In this document: piece by piece, positions 49,858 to 61,955 of the stretch | Numbering within the stretch: the stretch's first letter is position 1 | Layout: each line of letters opens with the position of its first letter | NCBI GenBank assembly: GCA_951406725.2 | Contig: OX597827.1 | Coordinates: 32,922,001-32,986,000, forward strand | Direction of reading: 5' to 3' | DNA: 64,000 bases | Source of the DNA: Octopus vulgaris | Lineage: Eukaryota | The notes under the pieces: model-generated | Told to the model about the DNA's origin: nothing | Database searches by the model: none | Seen by the model: only the letters and a program-made list of their open reading frames with translations | Translations under genes and position numbers: made by a program

Positions 49858-50323
49858 TAAGGCTACAGAAATTGAGAAAGCAACCATACTCTGGGATATG
49901 CCAATACACACAGATAGAGAAATTAAGGACAATAGGCCAGATAGAGTTGTCAGAGATCATCAAGAAAAAAATGTTATCTAATCGATGGATCAATAACAAC
50001 AGATGACAACGTTTCTCTAAAAGAAATGGAGAAACTTTGCAAAGAGTTGGAAATAGAGGTAAAATGAATGTGGAGTCTAAAGACAGAAACAATTCCTATC
50101 ATAGTGGGTGCATTAGGTATGATAAAAAAATATTCAGGCAAATACATAACAAAAACACCATGACTTACAAATATATATAACATAGAGAAAATTGCACTAC
50201 TAGGCACTACACACATCCTACGCAAAACACTTTCAATACAGAAAAAACAAGAGCATCACAACAAACCACACAGAGCTGCACTCGGTAGTGCAGTGAAAGC
50301 ATGTGATAAAAATAAGACTACTG
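49858..50323 (+). mobile_element. R4/Dong subfamily A 3' fragment, decayed
   Basis: KATILWDMPIHTDREIK..; ends AAGACTACTG-AATAAT; 5' junction in (TAA)n. Confidence 0.9.
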
Positions 50324-50371
50324 AATAATGGCGGTGGCGGTGGCAGTGGCGGTGGTGGTGGTGGTGGTGGT

Positions 50372-51726
50372 CAGGACAGAAGGCATATGGATTCCAAGTG
50401 GTGAAATGATGAAAGCAATTGAACCTCGATCCAGTTATAAATACCTGGGAATACTTGAAGCAGATGGAATTAAACACGACATGAAGGGAAAAACAAAGCG
50501 AGAGTACCTACGGCAAGTGAGAAAAATATTGGCTTCAAAGCTGAATGCCAGAAACATAATTTTGGCAATAAACTTGTGCACAGTTGCAGTAGTTCAGTAT
50601 GGCGCTGGAACCCTGAAGTGGACAGAGGAGGGGCTAAAGATGAACAGGAAAACAAGAAATCTCCTAATGATGCATAGAGCCCATCATCCACGTGCAGACA
50701 CTGATTGCCTATACATGACGAGAGCAAATGCAGGAAGGGAACTGTGTACATATGAAACTTGGGAGCTTAAGGAGATACCTATCCCAAAGTAGGGAAACCT
50801 TGCTAGTGTCAGATAGGAATGAGGGAGTATTGAAAGCAGAGAAAAAAGGGAAAAACAAAGGAAGAAGTACCAAAAGGACATGAAGAAGAATTACGCAAGA
50901 AGGGACTACATGATCAATTCCAAGTAGCCAAAACAGAAGTTGCTGGAAAAAATAGGTGGGACTGGCTGATGAAAGAAATACTACAAAAACAAACTGAGAG
51001 CACTATACTAGCAGCACAAGACCAAGCTTTGGCCACGAATTGGAGGGTCAACCATAGGAATGAACAAGTGTCTCCACTGTGTCACATCTATAACAGAGTA
51101 GACAAAAACCATTGCCCATATCATGAATGAATGCCCTACAATTCTTCAAAACCACAAGTTGTGGCAGTGCAATAAGGTAGTGAAAGTGCTACATTGGAAA
51201 CTGTGTGTAAAGTAGGGGTTAGAGAGAGGCAAGACATGGTATGGGCACAAACTGCAGAGAGTGGTGGAGTTGGAGACTAGCAAAATCCTCTGGGATTTCC
51301 CAATCCAAGCAGATCAAGTGCTAGAGGATAACAGACCGGACCTAGTGGTGGTGGTCAAGATGAGCCACATATGCTATATAGCTGACGTTGCATGCCTCTT
51401 TGACCCATAAATAGTCAAGAACGAAGGTGAAAAGATAGATAGATACAACCCTCTTAAGTACAAAATAGCCCAGCTATGGACAGTGAAGCAGGTAAAGATA
51501 GTGCCAATTATTGTTGGGTCCTTGGGGACAGTATCAGAAGGCATCAAAAGGAATATAAAGGAAAACAGAATAGAGTGCCCAGCAGAATTGTTACAAAAAG
51601 TTTGCCTCCTTGACACCGCCAGAATAATCAGGAAAGTATTAGATAGCTGAAAAGAACGGATAGCATGGTACCACAGGTTGCAGGTAGTAAGCCAGAAGTT
51701 CCAACAAAACTTGTGATAAAAAGAAA
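50372..51726 (+). mobile_element. R4/Dong subfamily C, old and disrupted
   Basis: YKYLGILE..RKILASKLNARN..AIN..HRAHHPRAD..LAAQDQAL..WDFPIQ..RPDLVV..PIIVGSLG..TARIIRKVL; ends in (AAT)n. Confidence 0.85.
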
Positions 51727-52589
51727 TAATAATAATAATAACTAGCTGGACATGTGAAAAATTCATGGAAACGTAAAAAATGTAATCATCTCAAAACAGT
51801 GTACTGGTGCCATGAGAAATGCTTGCATATTATGACCATCTGTCTACGTTCTGAATTCAAATTCTTCTGAGATTGACTTTACCTTTCGTCCTTCCAAGGG
51901 TCGATAAATTAAGTACCAGTTGCTCATCAACTTGCCCCCTCCCCACAAAAATTTCAGGCCTAGAAAAGTATACTGTGACAGTTACAGAATATGGAATGTA
52001 ATGTAACACCAATGGCTATATACTCCAGCCAAAATATCTCAGTTACACAAATGTAAACAGAATTACTATTTAACCTTAGAATACATCATAACATATTCAA
52101 AGAACCTTCTTGGTTTAGTGGTACGGAACGTTTTTCTGGTATTCTTTTACTTGTTTCAGTCATTTCACGGTGACCATGCTGCAGCACCACCCTTTAGTCG
52201 AAGAAATTGACCCCTGGACTTATTCCCTGTAAGCCTGGTACTTATTCTATCAGTCTCTTCTGCTGAACAGCTAAATTACAAGGACACAAATGCACCAACA
52301 TCAGTTGACAAACAATGGTGGTGTTGGGACAAACACACACACATACATACATGACAGGCTTGGAGGTAGTGGTGATGCTGGTTGGTGCAATTTTGTGGTT
52401 TGCTTGTATGCTGAGAGAGATCCAGCAGGCCCCTAACTGTTTCCCTGATCTTAAAGGTGTAATGTGGATGTATAATGATGGAGTGGCTTGTGTGCTGATG
52501 ATGCTAGCTGGTGCGGTGGTCTTCCTTACAGTACCTCATGGTAGACAATATTTTGTGTGTATGTCACACCACATTTTTGGCCTTGTCTG

Positions 52590-52830
52590 TTATCTCAGTG
52601 TCATAACACTTACTTTGATATTGTTCATAGCTCGTGCTCTTGAAAATGCAACATATAACTGGCCATGAGAAAATACCAGTTGAGGCAAATGTATTCTAAC
52701 TTCTTCAAATGTTTTCCCTTGAGCCTTATTAATTGTCATTGAATATGCAAGTCGGAGTGGAAACTGAAGTCTGTTTAGTGTGAATGGAATATTTTGCACC
52801 ACTTGGGCTAAGTTTAATTCTGGGAATTTC
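52590..52830 (-). mobile_element. Helitron Rep-helicase fragment (PIF1-like motifs V-VI)
   Basis: RLQFPLRLAYSMTINKAQGKT..VFSHGQLYVAFSRAR. Confidence 0.85.
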
Positions 52831-53027
52831 TTTTTTTTTTCCATTTCTTCTGGCATGCAGTTGTTGAAAATTTCTGAGTACAAATGTACAAATTGAAATG
52901 CAAAAGAGTGAAATAATAAATGGATTTATAAATGAAAGTTTGGTAATTGCGTTTATTTCCACCACACAACACTTATTGCAAACATGTTTTAACTAACCTA
53001 TACTATATACACACATGCAAATTACAT

Positions 53028-55650
53028 TCATCATCATCATCATTTAACATCTGTTTTCCATGCTAGCATGGGTTGGACGGTTCGACCGGGTTCTGGGAAA
53101 CCAGGAGGTTGCACCAGACTCCAGTCTAATCTGGCAGTGTTTCTATAGCTGAATACCCTTCATAACGCCAACCACTCCATGAGTGTAGTGGGTGCATTTT
53201 ACGTGCCAGGTGAGGCTGGCAACAGCCACAATCGGTTGGTGCTTTTTACGTACCACCAGCATGGAAGCCCTTCAAGGTGGTGCTGGCATCGACCATGTAT
53301 GGATGGTGCTTTTTATGTGCTACTGGCACAGGTGCTAGGGGAGGCTGGAAACAGTCACGATCAGTTGGTGGTTTTTACGTGCCACCAACACGGAAGCCAG
53401 ACAAGGCGGCGCTGGCATCAGCCACATACGGTTGGTGCTTCTTACGTGCCACCGGCACGGATGCCAGTCAAGACAGTGCTGGCATTGGCCACGTATGGAT
53501 GGTGCATTTTACGTGCCAGCAGCACAGGTATCACAACTACAATTTCCATTTGATCTTTTGATGTTGATGTACTTGACTCAATAGGTCTCCTCAAGCACAG
53601 CAGGTTGCCCTATGATCCAAGGTAAGTACAGCAAGCCGTCCTGCGATCCAAGGCACTTTGGAAGGGCTGGGGCAGGAGACAGCAGTGAACTCACATTATT
53701 GTCGGGTCTTCGCAGTCACAGCATATCTCTAGAGGTCTCGGTCTTCCGTCATTGCCTCTGTGAGGCCCAGCGTTCGAAGATCATGCTTGACCACCTCATC
53801 CCATATCTTTCTGGGTCTATCTCTACCCCAGATTCCTTCTCTCCTCATCCATTCGCAGTACATGACCATACCAGCGCAAACGTCTCTCTTGCACGTCACA
53901 TCCAATGCTTCTTATGTCCAGCATTTCTCTCAGGGCGCTTACACTCTGTCGTGTATGCACACTGACATTACACATCCAGCGGATCATGCTAGCTTCATTT
54001 CTTTCAAGCCTATGCATGTCCTCTGCAGTTATAGCCCATGTTTCACTACCGTGAAGCATGGCAGTTTGCACACATGCGTCATACAATCTACCTTTCACTC
54101 TGAGTGAGAGACCCTTTGTCACCAGTAGGGGTAGGAGCTTTCTGAACTTTGCCCAGGCTATTCTTATTCTAGTGGTAACACTCTCTGAGCATCCACCCCC
54201 ACTACTAACTTGGTCACCTAGGTAGCGGAAACTATCAACTACTTCTAGTTTCTTCCCCAGGAGTGTAATGGAATCTGTTTTCTGAGTATCAATGGTGTCT
54301 ATTGCTCCTGTACATCTGCCGCACACAAAAGCTATCTTCTCAGTTAATTTTCCTTTGATGGTGCTGCACCTCTTATGTGTCCATAGCTTACACTGGGTAC
54401 ATCTGATGAAGTTTCTACCTACACCTTTTCTACAGATTGCCTTCCTACTGACTATAACTTTGGTCTTTGCTACATTGACTCTAAGGCCTTTTGATTCTAA
54501 ACCTAGCTTCCACACCCGAAATTTCTTTTCTAGTTCTGGTAGTGATTCTGCTATGAGGGCCAGGTCATCCGCATAGAGGAGTTCCCAGGGGCAACCCATC
54601 TTGAATTCCTCTGTTATTGCCTGGAGGACTATGATGAATAAAAGGGGACTGAGGGCTGAACCTTGGTGGACCCCTACTTCTACCCGGAATTCTTCACTAT
54701 ACTCATTGCTAATCCTAACCTTGCTGACAGCCTCTCTGTATAGGGCCTGTACAGCCCTTATTAACCATTTGTCAATCTCCAGTTTCCACATCGCCCACCA
54801 GATAAGGGATCAGTGGACCCTGTCAAAGGCTTTCTCCAAGTCCACAAAAGCTATGTAGAAGGGTTTTTCTTTAACTAGGTATTTCTCCTGCAGTTGTCGA
54901 ACCAGGAATATGGCATCAGTGGTGCTTCTACCTGGCACAAAACCGAGCTGCATCTCATCTAAGAAAACTCTCTCCCTAATGAGATGGGCTATGACCCTCT
55001 CTGTGACCTTCATCACCTGATCCAACAGTTTAATACCCCTGTAGTTATTTCTATCTAGAGCATCACCTTTACCCTTGTAGCAGTTGACTATGGTGCTGCT
55101 ACACCAGTTATTGAGTATGACTCCATTTTGAACTACCTGGTTTACAATGTGGGTGACTAGGCCATTGCCCACACCACCAGATGTTTTAAGCATCTCAGCA
55201 GTGATTCCTGATGAGACAGGGGCTTTTCCTGGTTTCATACCCTTAATTGCTTTAACCACTAGGGAGCTATCTATTCGGATAGCTGGTCCCTCTCCTGGTC
55301 CAACATTTGGCAGGCTCTCCTCCTCCCATTCATTCTCCACATTCAGCAGTCTCTCATAATGGCTTCTGCAAGCCTCTTTCTTTTCAGAAACATTAAAAGC
55401 AAGTGCACCATCATCCATGCGGATGCATTTCTCTCCTGTGACATCACAATTTTCTCTTACACACTGTCTTGCGATCCCAAATACCTCAGTTCTTTGGTCC
55501 TCACGTCGCTGGACATTGACAAACTTCTTCTTTTCTGTTTCACCCTTGGCTATGTATACCTGCCGCCCAGGCTCCCTTTTGGCTACCTGGTTCAGTTCCC
55601 TGCTACCCCCATCCCTCTAGGCTTTCCGGGCCTGTTTCTTTGCTCTAATG
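53028..55650 (-). mobile_element. RTE-clade LINE with RT domain, 5'-truncated and disrupted
   Basis: NYRGIKLL, FVDLEKAFDRV, GVHQGSALSPLLF, LLYADDLAL, FRYLG, RRLRWYGHV; repeat-rich 3'UTR and (GAT)n tail. Confidence 0.95.
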
Positions 55651-55692
55651 ATATATTATACATATATATATATATATATAAATATGTATACA

Positions 55693-55775
<83 letters not shown>

Positions 55776-56434
55776 CAAAATTTAATTTGTAATTAAATGT
55801 AATTTGTAGAACTTTATACACACTGGATTTCAGTCGACCGTTCTGTATCTAGTTCTGGTAATTGTGTTTTGTAAACGACAGACTATGCTGATGATCTTGC
55901 AGATGTTTACGTATCCATATATGTAAATATTAACAAGTGAAACTAATTAGTACATAGGTAATCATTTTTTTTATTTCGTATATTTTCATTTGTTTTGCTT
56001 ATTTTTACACTTTGGTTTTTCACTGAATTTTTTCTTGAGAACACATTCTTCATGGAAAATAGCGATTTTGACGTCTATATCTAGCATGCACGCTGTCCAC
56101 TTTTAGTCCTCTAAATTTTGTATGTAAAAAAACATTTAATCTTTGAATTTTTTTAAAATATGCTAGGCCACTGGTTTTAATTGATTAATATCAATTCCTA
56201 CCCTTATTTAATTTTATATATATATATATATGTCTCAAGTTGTAGCTGTGGAGTACTCAACCATCTGTGAGTTAATTCTATTCTTGTGTGATAATGGAAA
56301 GTGAAACTGACAGCCAATATTTGCTTGTCTCTCTCACTTTCTCTCTGTCTCTTTCACTTCTTTTGTGTCCCTTTTCTCTTCCGCTTTTGATTAAATAATG
56401 TGTATATGTATCTATGTATCTACTTCTCTTGCAA

Positions 56435-56832
56435 TGTGATAAACATTTAAAAACACAAAACGAATGCTGTCACCATTCACTGTCTCTTTCACTCTCTCTC
56501 TCTCTCTCTTTCTCTATCACTTTTTCTCACTCTTTCTTTCTCTCTTACGTCCTCTCTGAAACATTTAAAAACACAAAATGAACGCCATCACCACTCACTG
56601 TCTCTGTCATTCTCTCTCTCATTCTCTTTCACTCTCTCACTTTCTTTCTCTTTTACTTCCTCTTTGAAACATTTAAAAGCACAAAATGAATGCCGTCACC
56701 ACTGATGTCTCTTTCACTCTCTCTCTCTTTCTCTCTTACTTCTTCTCTCTCTCCTCCTCTCTCTCGCTTTGCCACTTCAAAGAAGTGTGACGCACACAAC
56801 AGGTACAAAATGTTAGCGAATTAATATTATTG
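56435..56832. repeat. Three ~110-120-bp tandem units with CT tracts (possible DINE-like element end)
   Basis: AAACATTTAAAA(A/G)CACAAAA(C/T)GAA(T/C)GC..CACCA at ~56440, 56559, 56667. Confidence 0.75.
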
Positions 56833-56869
56833 ATAATAATAATAATAGTAATAAAAATAATAATAATAA

Positions 56870-57027
56870 TTCTAGAACACCCAGAAAAACATCATTGCTT
56901 GGTACTGCAAGATTTCTCTGCAGGGTTTTTGAAGCATGACAAGTAAACAAATGTCACCTTAGTCTGCTGGCTGTGGACAGCTGACACTTTCCATCAGACC
57001 CAGCAAAATAAGCTGAGTTTCCATCAA
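56870..57027 (+). mobile_element. R4/Dong extreme 3' stub (subfamily D)
   Basis: ..KTSLLGTARFLCRVFEA* resembles QKIALLGTAHILRR; flanked by (TAA)n. Confidence 0.65.
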
Positions 57028-57036
57028 ATAATAATC

Positions 57037-57414
57037 CCTTGGTGGCTGACGATATGTGCATTTCTGATCACAAGCAGTAGTGGGGAAGCATCATAGCCAT
57101 GTGTTGAGAGGGATTCTTTGCAGTTTGGATAATTTATCTCTGGAAACATGGGTGTTTCATTCAACATCCTTAATCAAACCTTATTCAGGGACCTTTTGAG
57201 AGGGAGGGGCTACTTGACCTGAAGAAAATTCTAACTGGGCCCCCACCTGCAAGGTCATGTGCTGTTTACCTTGATATGATATCACCTTGTTGTGTGCATA
57301 TGGTTGTGATGCATGTGCCTGGTGTATCCTTATCAGATTGGTAGTCATGATGGGTATACTGGGCTTCATATATTTGTACCTCTGTGTCACTTTGAGAGCA
57401 CTACTCTCTCACTC
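57037..57414 (+). mobile_element. Family T element, 5'-truncated
   Basis: Matches the family T 3' two-thirds and ends CTCTCTCACTC-AACAAT. Confidence 0.85.
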
Positions 57415-57431
57415 AACAATAACAACAGCAA

Positions 57432-57775
57432 CAGCTGATTCGTCTCTAACCAGGCAGCAGCAGGTGACACTCAGCCGACTTAGAAGTGGTCATCACCCGG
57501 ACCTCAAGTACTGGCTCTACAAGATCGACCGAGCCATAGACAGAACCTACAGAAATTCTGGAGTGGGGGGAGGAAACGGCGGAGCATGTCATCTACAACT
57601 GTCCACAGATCCCTCGCCCGCCGCAAATACCAAATCCCCCAGACACTCTGGCCAGTGACCCTCTCCTTGCCCTTCGGATCCGAGAAAAGTGGACTTCCGC
57701 TCCCGACCTGCCAGACGTCGCCCAAACCACAGAACAGATGCAGTGAAATCAGCCTTACCCATCTTGTTGCTTAAC
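57432..57775 (+). mobile_element. I/Nimb/R1-group LINE 3' end
   Basis: LTRQQQVTLSRLRSGHH..L.YW..KI, then after a frameshift EETAEHVIYNCP (CCHC knuckle). Candidate TSD CAACAATAACAACAGC at 57414-57429 and 57775-57790. Confidence 0.75.
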
Positions 57776-58513
57776 AACAATAACAACAGCTATTTCTAAC
57801 ATACACACAAAGCAAGAAATCTTTCAATGAGGAGGAGTATGATGAGTAAAGTAAGGCAAAGTTAACTTGGATAAGATTTGAACCCAGAATATAAAAATCT
57901 GGGAGAAACATTGCAAAGCATTTTCTTCACTGTACCAACGATTCTACCATTTGACTACCTTTAAATAATAAAAGAGGTGAGAATTGGCAGAGTCATAAGA
58001 ACATTGAACAGGTCGCTATTGCTTCATGACATTTGTTCTGACTCTCTACATCATGGGTTCAAATCACGCCATGGTCAAGTCTGTCTTTTATCCTTTCAAG
58101 GTCAATAAAGTAGCAGCCAAATGCTGTGGATTGGCAGACCTGTAAGAACTTCAAACCAGACACTTTGCAGTGTTTCGTCCAGCTCTTCATGTTCTGAGTT
58201 CAAATCCTACCATAGCTTACTTAGGTCACATTTACTTAATTCAGTGTCCAGTTTAATGCCACTCTTTGGCATTAGTGGAGTTCACTCTGTTGTAAGCATT
58301 TGAGCCAGGTTTCCAGCTCAAAGATATCTTCCTCCTTCACACCCTATCACCAGAGTTCAGAGAGAATCCATTTGTTATCAACAGATCTAGAAATTCCCTG
58401 AACTTTTACTCCACTCTGTCCTTACTCTGGCTCCATTGTTTTCTGTACAACCACTTCCACTGTTGTTAAATGAGTGTTATAAAAACTGAAAGTGCCAAAA
58501 TAATGAAACTTAC

Positions 58514-58693
58514 CTCCCGATCTGTTCTGTAGTGGTCTATGGCCCACACAGTTGCAACATGTGTTTTTACAAGTTCATTTAGGCAGTATTTTACTCCAGT
58601 TGCCCATGCACAAATCAGGCAGGTCTTACCAACACCTGGATCCCCAACAATGACACATTTCACAAACTCAGCTTGACTGTTCTGTTTAACCAT
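58514..58693 (-). CDS. RhoBTB: RhoBTB-family protein, coding exon 1 (start; Rho domain P-loop)
   Basis: MVKQNSQAEFVKCVIVGDPGVGKTCLICAWATG...THVATVWAIDHYRTDRE resembles the RhoBTB N-terminus (KCVVVGDxxVGKT...HVPTVWAIDQY). Donor GAG|GTAAGT at 58513; phase 0. Upstream acceptor with polypyrimidine tract TTTCAG| puts the exon start at 58718, implying an unlocated upstream non-coding exon. Confidence 0.93.
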
Positions 58694-58754
58694 CCCTAGT
58701 ATTTACATGAGATAGGCACTGAAAGAAGAGAAAGAAAGAAAAATAGAAGATTTT

Positions 58755-59130
58755 AGACAGATATGGCTGTTTGAATTTTAAGAAGTCTGTTTTCAAAACA
58801 TGTGGTTTCAGGTTCAGTCCCACTGCATGGCACCTCCGACAAGTGTCTTCTAGTATAACCCCAGGCTGACCAATGCTTTGTGAGTAGATTTGGCAGACAG
58901 AAACTGTGCAGAAACCTGATGTGTTGCTTCCCAACCACATGGATCCAGGTTCGGTCCCACAGTGTGGCACCTTGGGCAAGTGTCTTCTATTATAACCCCA
59001 GGCTGACCAATGTTATGTGAGTGGATTTAGCAGAGGTTTTAGGTTCAGTCCCTTGGCATGGCACCTTGGGCAAGTGCCTTCTGCTATAGCCTTGGGCCAA
59101 CCAAAGCCTTGTAAGTGGATTTGGTATTCA
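58755..59130 (+). mobile_element. Three tandem SINE-D head segments
   Basis: GGTTC(A/G)GTCCC..GGCACC..CAAGTG(T/C)CTTCT..TATA repeated at ~58810, 58948, 59042. Confidence 0.8.
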
Positions 59131-59339
59131 GAAATGAATACTTTCTCGAACATACCCTTTAATTCTTTAACCTGTAAACCAGCCATATTTTACCTATTCT
59201 ATGTCCAGTCCAGCTAGATCTGGCTGCTTGCACCTACCCTCCAATGTTATTTTAAAAACAGACAGTCGCATCATCAAAATCTCAAAGCTATAAGATAATG
59301 CATGATTAATTCAAATCTATTTGAATAAATAAACATTTT

Positions 59340-59653
59340 TTTTTTATTTATGTGCCCTTTTCAAGCCTAGCCAAGCTCATGGGCCCAGTTTCCTGGTTTC
59401 TATGGTGTATGTGTTCCCCCCAGTTGGACGGGACGCCAGTCCATTGCAGCATTACTCAAGAAGCAGGAAGAAAGAGTGAGAGAAAGTTGGGGCGAAAAAG
59501 TACAACAGGGGTCGCTACCACCTCCTGCCGGAGCCTCGTGGAGCTTTAGGTATTTTCGCTCAATAAACACACACAACACCCGGTCTGAGAATCAAAACTG
59601 CGATCCTCCGACCATGAGTCCACTGCCCTAACCACTGGGCCATTGCGCCTCCA
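59340..59653 (-). mobile_element. tRNA-derived SINE (head A, tail type 3), nested in a TTAA MITE (~59155-59700)
   Basis: Head A followed by GCTGCAATGGACTGGCGTCCCGTCCA..GAAAAGGGCACATAAATAA; the host element ends GCTAAAGGG-TTAA and resembles 61726-61955. Confidence 0.8.
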
Positions 59654-60760
59654 AAATAAGCATAACATTTGACCAAATAATCTGAGTGCTAAAGGGTTAA
59701 GATAGTACAGTGTGCTTTGAGAAGGATTTGGCTTCTATTTCTTGTAGGCTGCACAACAACATAGTGACTAATCCACTAGCTTGTTCTATGTTGATTTGAT
59801 TGCTATTATTAGTAATTTTGGCACAAATGGAAGGTATTAAGTATTACAGACTGTCTGTCTGTTTGGCACTCTACATGCTGAGCTTGTTCTACAGCTTGCA
59901 TCATCACTAAAGACTAATGGCCAAGAAGGATGTGAGGGAGATGCTTGTTGTTTTGTTTGTCTTTTAATGGATTATTCACAGTAGGAAAAGTGGCACTGAT
60001 GACCCTTTTCAGGAACTCCAAGGTTGGCAGAAGGAAAGGGACAAAGTTATCTTCAAAACTGAAGCCCATAATTGAATGCTTACAACATTCAATTATTAGA
60101 ATTCAAAAACCAGATTGCGATGCTAAAACAGGAGCTGCATTAGATCTACTCCTTCCCAAAACATGGAACTGTCCCTAGGATAAGCTTCGACTAAATTTGT
60201 CCATCATGTTTCACTCATAAAACTTTGGTCAAGTGAAGATTATATTAAGGTACAGAAGACATTTTTCCAAGGTGCCACACACACACAGAGGGATTGAGCT
60301 CAAACCTCCACAGTTGCGAGGACCAGGAGATCCAGAACGGCTAAAGCTTTAATTAACGCAGCAGTGGTAGTCAGATTAGCTGCTGTAGCTGGATACAGTT
60401 TCGGATCTTTGTTAAAACAACAACGACTGACATTGTCAACAAACACTGCCATCATCTCAATCAACTTTTTTGCTGGTCTCCTACCCCCACCGATATTAGC
60501 CTTGCTATCAGCATCGTCATCATCATCAACACCAGCATCACAGTCATCAGTATTATCTCAGCTACAACCAGCACCAACCACCACCACCACCACCACCACT
60601 TCAGCTGTCATGACCACTAATACTGCCACGATCCCCAACATCACCAGTGGCATGTGATCAATATGACCACCGCTGACACCACCACCACCACAACCCCTAC
60701 CGTGCCAACAACAATGAAAATAATAAATTCACTCATACCACCACCACCACCACCACCACC

Positions 60761-60822
<62 letters not shown>

Positions 60823-61725
60823 CCACACAACCACACTACCATCGCCACCATCATCATCATCATTGTCATTATCACCAGTATAGAGAAGCAATTTAAGCAA
60901 CATCAACTTGCAGCAGAGAGCCACATTCAAATGTCTATTACTGCAACACTATGTTACCATGACCACCAGCACCACTACCATCACCACCACCATCACCACT
61001 ACCATCACCACCACCACCACTGTTGCCACCACCACCTCCATCACCATCAACCATCAAAGTATTCCAGCTGTGTGATCATCTAATATCTTTTATTCAGACT
61101 AAGTAGATCTCGGACTAGAATGTCCAGTGTGTTTATTAGTCAAGGCTCTTTTGGTCTTAGCTAGCTACTTAGCTCAGCAATGCTTTTAATACCAACTTCT
61201 TGGAGATCAGCATTGGTTCTGTGCTACAAACCTCCAGTTTTTTTAAAGTGTTCTGAAATAAAATCTTCCATCAAAATTTCATTTTTTTTAAAGTTTCAAA
61301 CACCAGTTTAATAAATTAGTTTAAATGAAGGTAGCATATCTCAACAGAAACAACAACTGCCGCTGCCGCTGCCACCACCACCACCATTTAATGACAGTCT
61401 TCCATGCTGGCATGGGTTGGATGGTTTGACAGGCGCCAGCCAGGTAGAATACTACACCAGACTTCTGTGACCGTTTTGGCAAGATTTCTACAGCTGGAAG
61501 CCCTTCCTAACACCAACCACCCTACAGAGTCGACTGAGAGCCTTTTACATGGCACCAGCACAGACAAGGTCACTTTTAGCAAGAGTTTTTAGAAATATAG
61601 TAACAAAAGTGTCAAAGTAATCTAAATGAAAAGTTTCCATCAAAATTCCATGCTAATTTGTTTCCAAATACCAGTTTAATAAGGACGTTATTGCAATTAA
61701 TTCTTCATTATTGTCAAATTTGGTT

Positions 61726-61955
61726 TAACCCTTTAGCATTCAGATTATTCTGTCGAATGCTAATGCTTATTTATTCACATTGTTTTGAATTAATCATGGA
61801 TTATCTCGCAGCTTCAAGATTTCAATGATGTGATTATCTATTTTTAAAGTGACATTGTAGAGTAGGTGTGAGAGGCCAGATCTGGTTAGTTTGAACATAA
61901 AACAAGTAGAATATTTGGACCAGATACGGACATTTTAAATTCTAAAGGGGTTTAA
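61726..61955. mobile_element. piggyBac-like MITE
   Basis: TTAA-CCCTTTAGCATT...AATTCTAAAGGGG-TTTAA terminal inverted ends. Confidence 0.7.

Noticed and set aside
52590-52883. Host PIF1 helicase exon
   Set aside because: Isolated fragment inside a RhoBTB intron with Helitron-type motif wording and no companion exons.
55880-55910. CTGATGA as another hammerhead
   Set aside because: No downstream GAAA, stem III or stem I complement.
60364-61050. Thr/Pro/Ser-rich mucin-like ORFs
   Set aside because: Built from (CAC)/(CAA)/(CAT) microsatellites, interrupted by stops, with no convincing splice structure.
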